A DNA stretch of 62,627 bases, counting the filler, from Candidatus Limnocylindrales bacterium (GTDB lineage Bacteria > Moduliflexota > Moduliflexia > Moduliflexales > JAUQPW01): the NCBI GenBank assembly GCA_035559535.1. It is 5 parts of 5 records of this genome, joined end to end, with 100 filler letters (N's around TTAATTAATTAA, not from the genome) between each part and the next. Parts side by side here need not be neighbours in the genome. Positions count along the whole stretch, not along the records: positions 31,223 to 57,053 come from DATMBG010000010.1; positions 57,154 to 62,627 come from DATMBG010000014.1; 3 more parts are not named here. One strand, written 5' to 3'. The position numbers were made by a program, and so were the translations under genes. The notes under the pieces are model-generated. The model did no database searches, was not told where the DNA came from, and worked only from the letters and a program-made list of their open reading frames with translations. Of this stretch, positions 51,077 through 61,258 are shown piece by piece. Position 1 is the stretch's first letter. Every line of letters starts with the position of its first letter.

Positions 51077-51727
51077 TCAAATCTCCGGTTTTCTGAATAA
51101 CTCTCTAAAACCGGCCAGAGGAGTTTTATCTCCTCTAATTTTGATTTTACCCAACATAAAAGCAACCCTTCCGTCCATTTTACCGGTGGCTATCTTCATA
51201 TAATCCTTGGCTTTAACCGAGACTTTCGTAGGAGCAGTTGGATCGATCCCTTCCCTGACAATACATTTTTGATCGATCACCCGGACGGTCCATTCTCCGC
51301 CCTTATCGGTACTATCTCCAGAGATAGAATAGGCAATGGTAGCATCAAAGCCTTGAGCCTTTTCTGGAATAAAGCGCTCATGCATGGTTTCAAAAAGGTC
51401 CCGGCAAGTTATGGGCCGTGGCCGATCCTTTAAGGGAACATAACCTTTTTTCTCTTCTTTAACCGGTTCAGGTTGCGGCCTGGGTAGAGGGGATTGTTTG
51501 GGTAGAAAAGGCTGTTTAGAAGTTTCCTTTGGTTTCTCTGTCGATGGAGGTTGTTTGGGAACTGAGGGGGGAGGAACGGGTTTAGAGCCAGCAGTTTCTT
51601 TAGGCTTTTTTACAATAAATACGCGAGTACATTTAGGACATTTTATTTTTTTCCCTTCATCTGGAATTTTAGCCTTTTCCATTTTGTACTTGGACTTACA
51701 ACCTGGACATTGAATAATAATCTTCAC
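51077..51727 (-). CDS. zinc-ribbon + Pro-rich linker + SCP2 lipid-binding domain protein
   Basis: CPGC...KCPKC; FIPEKAQG...GGEWTV...AFMLGKIKIRGD; GTG start at 51727 inferred. Confidence 0.8.
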   Translation of the reverse strand: MKIIIQCPGCKSKYKMEKAKIPDEGKKIKCPKCTRVFIVKKPKETAGSKPVPPPSVPKQPPSTEKPKETSKQPFLPKQSPLPRPQPEPVKEEKKGYVPLKDRPRPITCRDLFETMHERFIPEKAQGFDATIAYSISGDSTDKGGEWTVRVIDQKCIVREGIDPTAPTKVSVKAKDYMKIATGKMDGRVAFMLGKIKIRGDKTPLAGFRELFRKPEI

Positions 51728-52191
51728 AGCCGAATTCACCTGAGAACTCAAACGATGCAAAACGGATTGACTTCGGCAATCCTGCTTTGCAAAGTTTGAG
51801 TCGATTCTCTCCTTGCTAGGACCCCCACCTCTGATCCTTTGGCTTTCAAGGATAGGTTTCCCAGAAGTATACCTAAACAGGCCTTTACTTTGACCCTTCT
51901 CCCATTTCTATAAAACCGGAGGAGAAGACAAAGATGGAGGTACCTCTCCAGAAGTTACTAAAAACCTACCCTGGAAAGTTGCTCTCTTGGGAGTCTTATC
52001 AATAGCAGAGTACTTCCTCGATATATAGGTCCTAACGTCTTTAGGACTGAATAACTATCTGCCTTTTAGGCAAAGTTAAAGGATCCATGATAGCTTGAAT
52101 AATCCTAGTAAATTAGCTTTTCGCTGTCAAGTACTTTCACATATCAAATTTTTTATTTGACCGCCTTTATAACCTATGATACACAATTTTT

Positions 52192-53334
52192 ATGATTTTG
52201 ATGTCACCAAAGATCATGCTCATTGCCGGGGAAGCTTCTGGGGACCTTCATGGAGCCTATTTGGTCAAATCTATCCGCAGCTCCTTGCCGGAAGGAAGAT
52301 TTTACGGAATTGGTGGGATTCACATGCAAAGAGAAGGAGTCACTCTGATCCAGGATATTTCCCGATTGGGAGTAACCGGAGCTTGGGAAGTTCTGGCAAA
52401 ACTTAATACTATCCGAAAAGTATATAGGCAGGTCCTTCATACCCTTAAAACCTCCAGACCGGATCTACTCATTTTGATCGATTATCCCGATTTTAACCTC
52501 AGAGTAGCTCGAAAAGCCAAAAAACTTAAAATCCCCATTGTTTATTATATAAGTCCTCAAGTATGGGCCTGGCGGCGAAATCGTATTTACCTTATTGCCA
52601 GGCTGGTTACGAAAATGATCGTTATCTTTCCCTTTGAGCAAGAGCTATACCAACAGGTAGGGGTTGATGTAACCTGGGTTGGGCATCCCCTGATAGATCG
52701 GGTTAAACCTGAACTTGATAAAATCCAATTCTGCAGGGGATACGGACTGGATCCTTCCCGCCCCCTTATCGGACTACTCCCGGGAAGTCGAGAAAATGAA
52801 ATCAGGCGACTCTATCCGGTTATGCGATCGGCTGCAGATCTTATCTCTAAACAAATTCCCCAGACCCAATTTATCCTCCCCCTGGCCCCTTCCATCCAGG
52901 AAGCGCTTCTCTTAAAATTTCCAGGACAGACCCCTGTTCAAATCATAAAAAACAGAGGCTATGAAGCCATGAATGCTGCCGATTTATTAATAGTCGCTTC
53001 AGGTACCGTAACCATAGAAGCAGCCCTTTTAAAGGTTCCCATGATCATTACCTATAAAGTATCTCCGTTAACCTATGCACTGGGAAAAAGGCTCATTCGA
53101 GTCCCTTACATTGGAATGGTCAACCTGGTTGCCGGAAAGCAACTGGCACCCGAACTGATCCAACAGGATGCAACTCCCGAACGAATCGCCCAGGAAGCCA
53201 TCAAACTTCTCCAGGATCCAGCTAAACTGATGGCTATCCGAGAAGAATTGGCTAAAGTCAGGGAAAAACTGGGAGAACCCGGTGCCTCTGATCGGGCGGC
53301 TCAGGCTGTCATCGAAGTTCTGAAAAAGATATGA
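52192..53334 (+). CDS. lpxB: lipid-A-disaccharide synthase
   Basis: AGEASGD, IDYPDFN, SPQVWAWR, VGHP, LLPGSR, SGTVTIE. Confidence 0.96.
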   Translation: MILMSPKIMLIAGEASGDLHGAYLVKSIRSSLPEGRFYGIGGIHMQREGVTLIQDISRLGVTGAWEVLAKLNTIRKVYRQVLHTLKTSRPDLLILIDYPDFNLRVARKAKKLKIPIVYYISPQVWAWRRNRIYLIARLVTKMIVIFPFEQELYQQVGVDVTWVGHPLIDRVKPELDKIQFCRGYGLDPSRPLIGLLPGSRENEIRRLYPVMRSAADLISKQIPQTQFILPLAPSIQEALLLKFPGQTPVQIIKNRGYEAMNAADLLIVASGTVTIEAALLKVPMIITYKVSPLTYALGKRLIRVPYIGMVNLVAGKQLAPELIQQDATPERIAQEAIKLLQDPAKLMAIREELAKVREKLGEPGASDRAAQAVIEVLKKI

Positions 53335-53495
53335 GGTGTGAGAGTATGGAAGTGTAGGGGTATGGAGGTATGGGGGTATGAGGTATGGAGGTGTGAGAGT
53401 ATGGAAGTGTGGGAGTATGGGAGTATAGCCATTCCCCTACTCCCACACCCCCATACCTCCATACCTCATACCCCTATACTCCCATACTCTCATAC
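53335..53495. repeat. inverted array of degenerate 8-nt repeats (GTATGGGA / TCCCATAC)
   Basis: G-rich tandem run at 53335-53428 followed by its complement run at 53429-53495. Confidence 0.85.
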
Positions 53496-53504
53496 GGTGT
53501 TTCT

Positions 53505-55100
53505 ATGCCAGATCTGATTTTCAAATCAGCACTTTTCAGACCCTCCCTGGAGTATCCTGAGATACCTTATCACGAGATGCTGAGGGAGGCAGCTCAGAAG
53601 TATTCAAATAAACCCGCAATTATCTTTAAAGATCTTTGCATTACCTTCCGAGAGTTAGATGCCCTGGTTAACAGTATGGCCAATGCCCTTTTGAGTCTAG
53701 GAGTCACCAAGGGAGATAAGGTTGCACTATTTATGATGAACCGACCCGAATGGGTGATTAGTTTTATTGCTGCGGCGAGGATCGGAGCCGTTGCAACACC
53801 TTTAAATCCCTCTTACAAGAAAATGGAAGTGGCTTATCAGATCAATGATTCTGAGGCTAAGGTCTTAATTACCCAGGAGACTTTATATCCAGTGGTTCGG
53901 GAAGCACGACCCGATATGCCGGAACTTAAGACGGTGATTGTAGTAGGAGCCACGCCGGCAGAAGATACGCTTTCGTTCGATGACCTTATCCGTAAATCCT
54001 CTCCTAAACGTCCGCCTCCTGTGGATTTAGACCTGCGAGAGGATCTGGTCGCCCTTCCTTACTCCAGTGGAACAACGGGACTTCCTAAAGGAACCATGTT
54101 GACCCAGTCGAACCTGGTGACCAATCATATCCAGTTTATTTCCTCCTCACGAATGACCGATCGAGATACTCTGCTGATTTTCCTTCCCTTTTATCATATC
54201 TACGGGACTATGCTCATGGGGAGTTCCATCTATGCCGGGGCCACGCAGGTCCTCATGGAACGGTTTGATATGGTTGAATCTCTGACCTTAGTTGAAAAGT
54301 ATCGGGTAACCATGCACTTTGCCGTACCGCCTATCTTGATTGCCATGGCCAATTATCCAGAGATTAAACAATACAATCTTTCCTCTCTCCGGTTTATTTT
54401 CACCGGAGCTGCTCCCCTGGCTCCCGAAGTAGGTAGAATTGTTAAAGAATTAACCGGAGTCCGGGTTCTTCAAGGTTATGGCCTGACCGAAGCCTCTCCA
54501 CTAACCCATGCCAATCCGGTAGATGGAGATTTTGCCAAATTGGAATCGGTCGGATTGGGTATATCGGATCAGGAGCATAAAATCGTGGATATAGAAACCG
54601 GTGAAAAGGAGTTAGGCCCGGATGAAGTCGGTGAGTTGATTGTGCGAGGCCCCCATGTTATGAAAGGTTATTGGAAAAACCCAGAAGCGACCCGACAGGC
54701 TCTTCGAAACGGCTGGCTTTACACCGGTGATATTGCCAAAATTGATAAAGATGGATTTGTCTATATTGTAGATCGAAAAAAGGAAATGATCAAATACAAA
54801 GGATTCGGCATAGCCCCTGCCGAACTGGAAGCCATACTCTTTCAGCATCCTGCCGTGGCTGATTGCGCCGTTTTCTCGAAACCTGACCCGGAAGCCGGAG
54901 AGGTTCCTAAAGGGGTCGTGGTTCTTAGGAAAAGCTATCATACAACTGCCGAAGAGTTAATGAAATTCGTGGAAGAGCGGGTTGCCGGATATAAGAAAAT
55001 CCGTGAAATTGAGTTCCTGGAGACAATTCCCAAAACAGCTTCAGGCAAGATTTTGCGGAGGGTTTTAGTAGAACGGGAAAGGGAGAGGATGAAACCATAG
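53505..55100 (+). CDS. acyl-CoA ligase (4-coumarate/long-chain fatty acid CoA ligase-like)
   Basis: YSSGTTGLPKG, QGYGLTE, WLYTGD, DRKKEMIKYKG, PKTASGKILRR; the ORF-track N-terminus is translated repeat. Confidence 0.93.
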   Translation: MPDLIFKSALFRPSLEYPEIPYHEMLREAAQKYSNKPAIIFKDLCITFRELDALVNSMANALLSLGVTKGDKVALFMMNRPEWVISFIAAARIGAVATPLNPSYKKMEVAYQINDSEAKVLITQETLYPVVREARPDMPELKTVIVVGATPAEDTLSFDDLIRKSSPKRPPPVDLDLREDLVALPYSSGTTGLPKGTMLTQSNLVTNHIQFISSSRMTDRDTLLIFLPFYHIYGTMLMGSSIYAGATQVLMERFDMVESLTLVEKYRVTMHFAVPPILIAMANYPEIKQYNLSSLRFIFTGAAPLAPEVGRIVKELTGVRVLQGYGLTEASPLTHANPVDGDFAKLESVGLGISDQEHKIVDIETGEKELGPDEVGELIVRGPHVMKGYWKNPEATRQALRNGWLYTGDIAKIDKDGFVYIVDRKKEMIKYKGFGIAPAELEAILFQHPAVADCAVFSKPDPEAGEVPKGVVVLRKSYHTTAEELMKFVEERVAGYKKIREIEFLETIPKTASGKILRRVLVERERERMKP

Positions 55101-55312
55101 AAAGTCAGAAGATAATGGCCTGACACTTCTTCAATTTTCCTGGAATTTTCCTGGAGGGGGTTTATACTGGACGGTGAAATAAAAGGAGTAATTTCCTTAT
55201 TTGTGAGCAGAAAGGTACTCCCCTCCAGGAGGGATGAAAAGAGCAGATTTATATCCAATGGACCGGTAGGGGTGTAAGGCCTTACGCCCGTACACTGGTC
55301 GGTTTCGGCAAA

Positions 55313-56539
55313 TCAGGGTTTGGTAACCAGATCCTCAATCCCCTCCGGTTCCGGTGGTTCCCGTCCTGGCTGTTTGGCCGGAAACAGGAATTTCAGAAGG
55401 GGTGGGGCTATAAAAGTTGTGATCATAACCATCAAGGTAATGGCACTGAAGAGTCTTAGATTAAAGACCCCGCTGCTTAAACCCATCTGAGCAAAAATTA
55501 AACCCACCTCCCCCCGGGGGATCATGCCTACACCGATAACACTCTTCTTACCGCGAAACCAAAATGGCGCGTACCCTGCCAGGAATTTGCCCGATATGGC
55601 GGCGATCACAAGAAGACTTCCAATCAATAGAGTTTGTCGGTTAGCCGGATTTGCTGGATTCAAGACTCGTACATCAACCGCTGCACCGACTGAAATAAAA
55701 AAGAGCGGAACAAAGAAGTGCCCGAGATGGGCTATACCCACTTCAATTTCATGGGCTTGAGGGATTTTTACCAGTAAAAGCCCGGCAGTGAAGGCTCCCA
55801 TAATCATGGCCGAGCCGGCCTGGTCGGCGAGCCATGCCAGGCTAAAGGCCAGTATAACTGCCGGTACCGTAAGAGTTCCTGATAGATCGATCTGACCGAC
55901 CCAACGAAACAAAAGGGGAACAATCAAACTTCCAAGCAGCAGGGTAATAATCAAAAAGCCAAAGGCGATCCCGGTTATTTTAATTACCTGGAAAATGGTT
56001 ACTTCCTGGCCCTGGGTCAGCCCGGCCACTACCGTAAGAATTATTAATCCAATAATATCGTCGATAATTGCTGCTCCCAATACGATCTGGCTTTCTGGCT
56101 CCTGTAATCGACCCAGGTCGGAGAGTACGCGAGCGGTAATACCCACACTGGTAGCCGTCAGCGCGGCACCTGCTACTATCGCCACCAGATTGCTCAACCC
56201 CAGGAACCAACAGACCATATACCCCAGTATAAACGGCAAAGCCACCCCAACAATGGCAACCACGGTCGAGGCACCTCCTACCTGCAACAGCTTCTTCAAG
56301 TCGGTTTCCAGGCCAATCTCAAAGAGGAGGATAATCACCCCTACTTCGGCAAGGAGATGGATGACCTCGATGTTGGGATCTACCAACCCCAAGACTGAAG
56401 GACCAAGGATCATCCCGGCTATTAATTCTCCAAGGACTGCCGGTTGGCCGATCCGCTGGGCCAGAGCTCCGGCCAGTTTGGCCATTCCCAGCATAATAAC
56501 CATCAGTCCCAAAAACTTTGGAATATCTAAATGTTCCAT
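55313..56539 (-). CDS. CPA2-type Na+/H+ antiporter
   Basis: GQPAVLGEL, ATSVGIT, AAIIDDIIG, GMIPRGEVG. Confidence 0.92.
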   Translation of the reverse strand: MEHLDIPKFLGLMVIMLGMAKLAGALAQRIGQPAVLGELIAGMILGPSVLGLVDPNIEVIHLLAEVGVIILLFEIGLETDLKKLLQVGGASTVVAIVGVALPFILGYMVCWFLGLSNLVAIVAGAALTATSVGITARVLSDLGRLQEPESQIVLGAAIIDDIIGLIILTVVAGLTQGQEVTIFQVIKITGIAFGFLIITLLLGSLIVPLLFRWVGQIDLSGTLTVPAVILAFSLAWLADQAGSAMIMGAFTAGLLLVKIPQAHEIEVGIAHLGHFFVPLFFISVGAAVDVRVLNPANPANRQTLLIGSLLVIAAISGKFLAGYAPFWFRGKKSVIGVGMIPRGEVGLIFAQMGLSSGVFNLRLFSAITLMVMITTFIAPPLLKFLFPAKQPGREPPEPEGIEDLVTKP

Positions 56540-56572
56540 AAATTCTTATCAAAGCCCCATAAAACCATTTCC

Positions 56573-57052
56573 TTATTCGAGCTCAACCTGAGGTAAGTAG
56601 TCATCCAGAGGTACATAACCTTCTAAAGGAGGGAAATCATCCAAATGCTGGGCAATACTTGCTTGAAGAAACGAGTCTACCCACCAGAAAATATCCTGTT
56701 CTCGAATGGACCGACGCAGTTTCCGCATCCGAGATCGCCTCTCAGTCTGGCTCATGTTAACGGCCCGATAAATTGCTTCGGCTACACCTTCAATGTCATA
56801 GGGGTTCACCAAAAGGGCCCCCTTCTGTAACTGAACTGCTGCACCGGCAAATTCACTCAAAATCAACACATCATCTCCATATATACTACAAGCACAGTAT
56901 TCCTTAGCTACCAGGTTCATTCCATCTTTCAAGGGAGTCACCAGGGCAATATCCGCAGCCCGGTAATAGGCAAGGAGTTCTGTACGTTCCAGGCTCCGAA
57001 AGATATAATGAATCGGTACCCAACCGGGTTGGGTGAACTGTCCGTTGATCTC
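56573..57052 (-). CDS. otsA: trehalose-6-phosphate synthase (GT20), C-terminal part
   Basis: [51 protein letters not shown]; cut by the linker. Confidence 0.88.
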   Translation of the reverse strand, partial: EINGQFTQPGWVPIHYIFRSLERTELLAYYRAADIALVTPLKDGMNLVAKEYCACSIYGDDVLILSEFAGAAVQLQKGALLVNPYDIEGVAEAIYRAVNMSQTERRSRMRKLRRSIREQDIFWWVDSFLQASIAQHLDDFPPLEGYVPLDDYLPQVELE

Positions 57053-57053
57053 A

Positions 57054-57153
57054 NNNNNNNNNNNNNNNNNNNNNNNNNNNNNNNNNNNNNNNNNNNNTTA
57101 ATTAATTAANNNNNNNNNNNNNNNNNNNNNNNNNNNNNNNNNNNNNNNNNNNN
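57054..57153. other. artificial contig linker
   Basis: 44 N + TTAATTAATTAA + 44 N. Confidence 0.97.
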
Positions 57154-57387
57154 AGGGATGCGTTGGAGGATTTCCGGTATGGACAGGCCGGTTACCAGCA
57201 TTTTTCCGTTGAAGAGTCGCATGACTTTGTGGGGAGCTTCTCCCACTGCGTCTACGATGGTGACGCTGTGGCCGGCTCTCTTCAAACTGGAAGCTATATA
57301 AGCCAGACCGAGAGGTGGGGTTAGAACTCGAGTACTTGCGAAATAAGAGACTAAATTCGGGGGACGGACCAGCGTAATGTGCAACAT
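57154..57387 (-). CDS. B12-binding radical SAM protein, N-terminal part
   Basis: ITLVRPP...TPPLGLAYIASSLKRAGHSVTIVDAVGE; AGGAG RBS. Confidence 0.8.
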
Positions 57388-57702
57388 AGCACACTCTCCT
57401 CCGGCCAGTTCTTGAATATCACCAAACAACATGATATTCCAGAGTCAAACCGATCCAGGCCTTGTAATATTTTAATATGAATCAAGAAGATTACTACACA
57501 AATAACAGGATGAACACTTTTATCAAACTTACCAGAAAATATTCTGGAACTCAAGGGAAAATGTCAATAAAAAATTAACTCTTACCCTAACATTTCGATT
57601 GTGCAAACGCAAGATGCCTTTACAGGTCGTGTTCTAAGGTGTTCTAAAGAAAGAAGGTAGGGGAACGGCACCGCCGTGCCCCTATTAAGATAGGATCGGA
57701 AG

Positions 57703-58911
57703 TTACTGTGGGCCTTTATAAAAGATTCGGTAAATAACCCCGGCCTGATCATCAGAAACGTACAATGCCCCATCTTTTCCGACTATTACGTCTACCGGTC
57801 GTCCCCAGGCACTTCCTTCTATCAACCACCCTGTGGCAAATTCTTCTACCTTTTCTGGATGTAATTCTGGAGAGATGCTTTTTACGGGATGTGTTAACGA
57901 ATCTGTAGCATAAGGAATGGCTTTTTCAGATGGACCGTCGGAGAACTTAATCCGGATAACTTCATAACCAACCGGAGTTGGCCGGTTCCATGAACCGTGG
58001 AGGGCGATAAATAAATTTCCCCGATATTCCTCGGGGAACTGCTCTCCGGTATAAAAAGTAAGCCCTAAGGGGGTGGAATGCGCCTGAAGCTGAATCACTG
58101 GAGGAGTCGCATTGTTACAGAAAGTCTCATGCTGCTTAATAGGAATTGTAGGATCTATCTCATGATCTGCATAACAATAAGGCCAGCCATAATGTTTACC
58201 TTCTCGAACGATGTTAATTTCATCTGGGGGCTTATAGTATCCCAAATGATCTCTTCCAGCTTCTGTGGCCCATAGTTCTTTGGTTTGAGGATGCCAGGCC
58301 AGCCCGACAGCATTTCGAAGCCCCTGTGCAAAGATCTTTTCTCCTGTCCCATCGGGATTATATTGAAGAATAGCTCCGCGTCTCGGATCCGTCTCCTGGC
58401 AAACATTGCAGGAAGAACCTATGGAAAGATACAACTTGCCGTCAGGTCCAAAGCTGATAGTCCTGGTGTCGTGTCGGCCTTCTACAGGAATATTAGAAAT
58501 GATAACTTTCTTATTTTCACCCTTTCCATTTTTGTTGATGTAGCGGATAACTTCCCCTACAGTCGCAATATAGACCCCCCCTTCGAAGAAGGCAACACTG
58601 TGCGGGCGGTCCAACCCTTGGGCAAAGATGATGTTTTGGTCTGCTTTTCCATCTCCGTCTCGATCCGGAAGCATAAAGACCCTTCCGTCACGAAAGTCCG
58701 CTACAAACAGATCTCCTTCAGGACTTATCGCCATGTGCCGAGGAGCCCCCAGATCAGAGGCAAAGATCTGGATGCCAAAACCGGGAGGAAGGTGAATCTT
58801 TTTTAAATCGATTTCCGATTCGGCAAAACATTGACTTAATAGACTAAAATATATTCCTAACAGAACAGTCCAGACGGTTCTGCTAAAAAACTTCCTATAT
58901 ATTTTCAGCAT
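57703..58911 (-). CDS. glucose/sorbosone dehydrogenase family (PQQ-dependent beta-propeller)
   Basis: GSSCNVC, GLRNAVG, HYGWPYC, HGSWNR, GRPVDV, LYVSDD; signal peptide. Confidence 0.88.
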   Translation of the reverse strand: MLKIYRKFFSRTVWTVLLGIYFSLLSQCFAESEIDLKKIHLPPGFGIQIFASDLGAPRHMAISPEGDLFVADFRDGRVFMLPDRDGDGKADQNIIFAQGLDRPHSVAFFEGGVYIATVGEVIRYINKNGKGENKKVIISNIPVEGRHDTRTISFGPDGKLYLSIGSSCNVCQETDPRRGAILQYNPDGTGEKIFAQGLRNAVGLAWHPQTKELWATEAGRDHLGYYKPPDEINIVREGKHYGWPYCYADHEIDPTIPIKQHETFCNNATPPVIQLQAHSTPLGLTFYTGEQFPEEYRGNLFIALHGSWNRPTPVGYEVIRIKFSDGPSEKAIPYATDSLTHPVKSISPELHPEKVEEFATGWLIEGSAWGRPVDVIVGKDGALYVSDDQAGVIYRIFYKGPQ

Positions 58912-59005
58912 TTACTTGTTGAGTCCCGAAGTGGCTATAGAACAGCCTGGTACCTTGTAAGGTTAATTCTATGTGATTTCTCATCATCCCAGATTCCCCC
59001 AGGTA

Positions 59006-59141
59006 CCAGGATAAGAAGGTTAGCCCCGGCGGGGTGACCTGTTTAACAAGCCACTCCTCCGGAGCTTGAAAAAATTCCGAATTTCTGAGCCCCTCGACTT
59101 ATGTTGGGAGCTACCGATTGCTCGCCCTTGACGGGGCTTTT
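59006..59141. repeat. dispersed REP/REPIN-like element (inverted copy of 36295-36487)
   Basis: Direct sequence similarity to 36295-36487. Confidence 0.7.
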
Positions 59142-59232
59142 TATCCTTACCCTGGCGTCTATGCCCTCGACCCCTCTCCCGAAGCTTTGGGGGGGAAGGC
59201 ACTTGGGAAATTAGCCCAGAAATCCATCGGCT

Positions 59233-59294
59233 CCCCTCACCCCCAGCTCCCCCTCTCCCGAAGCTTCGGGAGAGGGGGAGCTGGGGGTGAGGGG
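59233..59294. repeat. perfect 62-bp palindrome
   Basis: CCCCTCACCCCCAGCTCCCCCTCTCCCGAAG followed directly by its exact reverse complement. Confidence 0.9.
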
Positions 59295-59455
59295 GGGAGG
59301 AGGGAGTGAGGGTAACACGGTTATTCAAATCTAGCTTTACAAAGTAAGAGTAGAGGCACGATGCCGCCGTGTCCTCTACTGATGCTGTAAAGATCGTTGC
59401 TCAGAGCTGTTCCTATAGTCAATCCAGGGAACTGTTTTTTATTCATCTCTTGATT

Positions 59456-61207
59456 TTAGTTTTGTTGGTCTTGTGCTTGAATTCGTTTAAAGATCATCAC
59501 TTTAGGGTGATCAAACCATCGGAAAGTCATCTCCGCCCGGTCATCGTTGAAGTTAAAGCCTAACAGAGCAGGATAGGTCTTAAAGGTTTTGATTAATTCA
59601 AATCCCAGTCGACCTGCAAAAAGATCCTTATAAAACTGGTTCAGGGTGGGATATTCATCCGGGCGGTGGGAATACAGATCATAGTACTGATCGCTCATGA
59701 TGATATATTCAACTCCTTCTAAACGTTCCTTTAAATAATTCTCCCACCATTCCATAGAAATAGGCTCCTTCTGGGCAATCAAGTCTACCGTTCTGAGATT
59801 CAAAACCTTGATTTTGAAGTAGTCTTTTCGTTTATAATAAAGGTCCCGCCAGCCCTGACTGTAGTAGTTATCCAGTTGGACATTATAAAATGTAGAGCCC
59901 AATAAAGGGGTTGCCGGTGAAGAGTCGATTAGCACCGAGGAGTTCTGGGGGATATTTTTATGGATCCATTTGGATGCTTTAATCCTCACATCTCCCCGGC
60001 TGTATATATTCATGTAGGCCAGAGCATACAAGAAGGACGCCAGGGTCACCCCGATCATGGATACGACTACCGCGGTACGGGCTACTTTGTGGGTTGCCAT
60101 TTCATATAAATCCAATAAGAAGCGCGCACCCAACAGGCACAGGAAGGGAAGTAAAGGAACAGCATATCGAATAAATTTCATATAACCTCCTCCGATGAAG
60201 TAAAGATAAGGGAGAAGGAACGATAGAAGTAGTAAGTCAGGTACCTTTCGCTTTACAAGGGCCCAGATCATTCCGATTACGCAGGTTAATTCTAGTAGAG
60301 GACCCATTCCAAAGTAAAGGAGGTTGGTAAACCAGTAAAGTCTGGTGGTGTCAGTAAACTGGAAGGTCCAGTTAGGTTGATCGGTTCCTGTAACATATCC
60401 ATGGAGTATTTGGTACATTTCCAGAAATTTCCGGGGGTTAAGAAAAATAAAAGGATTCAAAAGGAGAAATATCAGGCCGGCTATAAGAACAGGAAGGAAT
60501 AGAAGTCTCCAGGACCGAAGGGAAAAGAAGATCCTTCTACAGGAATTCCAGGAAATCTGGAGGTTTCTGAACATTCCCACAACATGGGCAGTCAAGATCA
60601 CAGGGAGTACCATTAAAGTCGTCTGTTTGATGGTCAACCCAATACCGGTGGCAATCCCGGTTAACAGATAAGACCGCGTTCTTGCCTTTTCAGCGATTCC
60701 CATGGAAAGAAATGTTGCCAGAACGACAAAGAAGGTATAGGGTACTTCAGGGAGATAAAAATGAGAATCCCGAATGTGCAAGACCGAAAAGGCCAGAAAG
60801 ACAGAAGCCAACATACCTACTGACCGGTTATAAAATCGTTTTCCCATCCCATAAACCAGGATTAAGGTCGCAATACTAAAACAGGCCGTTACGATACGCC
60901 CCAACAGATAATAGAGGGTGATACTGGTAGGTTCTGTAAGGTCAAAGGGGCGAAAGAAAGAAACTATTTTGATCAACGCACTGAGAATATAGACAAGTAA
61001 CGGAGGATATAAGAAAAAATACATTTCCTGATCGGCCAGTTGGTTAAAAGATTCAGCCGATCTAAACTTTTCGGTCATGGAAATAACGAACCGCTCATCC
61101 CCATTAAAATGATAGGGTAGCCCCCATCTTAATCCATAAATTCGCATGGAAATTCCTGCGAGGATGGCTAACAAAAAAAGTAGAAAGATTTTACTACGCC
61201 AATCCAT
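59456..61207 (-). CDS. GT-C fold glycosyltransferase (family 39/ArnT-like)
   Basis: RIYGLRWGLP..NGDE, YPPL, many TMs, HIRDSHF, RYAVPLLP. Confidence 0.85.
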   Translation of the reverse strand: MDWRSKIFLLFLLAILAGISMRIYGLRWGLPYHFNGDERFVISMTEKFRSAESFNQLADQEMYFFLYPPLLVYILSALIKIVSFFRPFDLTEPTSITLYYLLGRIVTACFSIATLILVYGMGKRFYNRSVGMLASVFLAFSVLHIRDSHFYLPEVPYTFFVVLATFLSMGIAEKARTRSYLLTGIATGIGLTIKQTTLMVLPVILTAHVVGMFRNLQISWNSCRRIFFSLRSWRLLFLPVLIAGLIFLLLNPFIFLNPRKFLEMYQILHGYVTGTDQPNWTFQFTDTTRLYWFTNLLYFGMGPLLELTCVIGMIWALVKRKVPDLLLLSFLLPYLYFIGGGYMKFIRYAVPLLPFLCLLGARFLLDLYEMATHKVARTAVVVSMIGVTLASFLYALAYMNIYSRGDVRIKASKWIHKNIPQNSSVLIDSSPATPLLGSTFYNVQLDNYYSQGWRDLYYKRKDYFKIKVLNLRTVDLIAQKEPISMEWWENYLKERLEGVEYIIMSDQYYDLYSHRPDEYPTLNQFYKDLFAGRLGFELIKTFKTYPALLGFNFNDDRAEMTFRWFDHPKVMIFKRIQAQDQQN

Positions 61208-61258
61208 ACTGAAAACGTGAGGTATTCAGATGATTTAAATCCTTAATTCTCTAAAACC

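Noticed and set aside
53335-53495. CRISPR array
   Set aside because: Degenerate 8-nt tandem units with no unique spacers and no cas genes
53409-53504. Pro/Tyr-rich N-terminal extension of the acyl-CoA ligase
   Set aside because: It is a translation of the octamer repeat; the ATG at 53505 is more plausible
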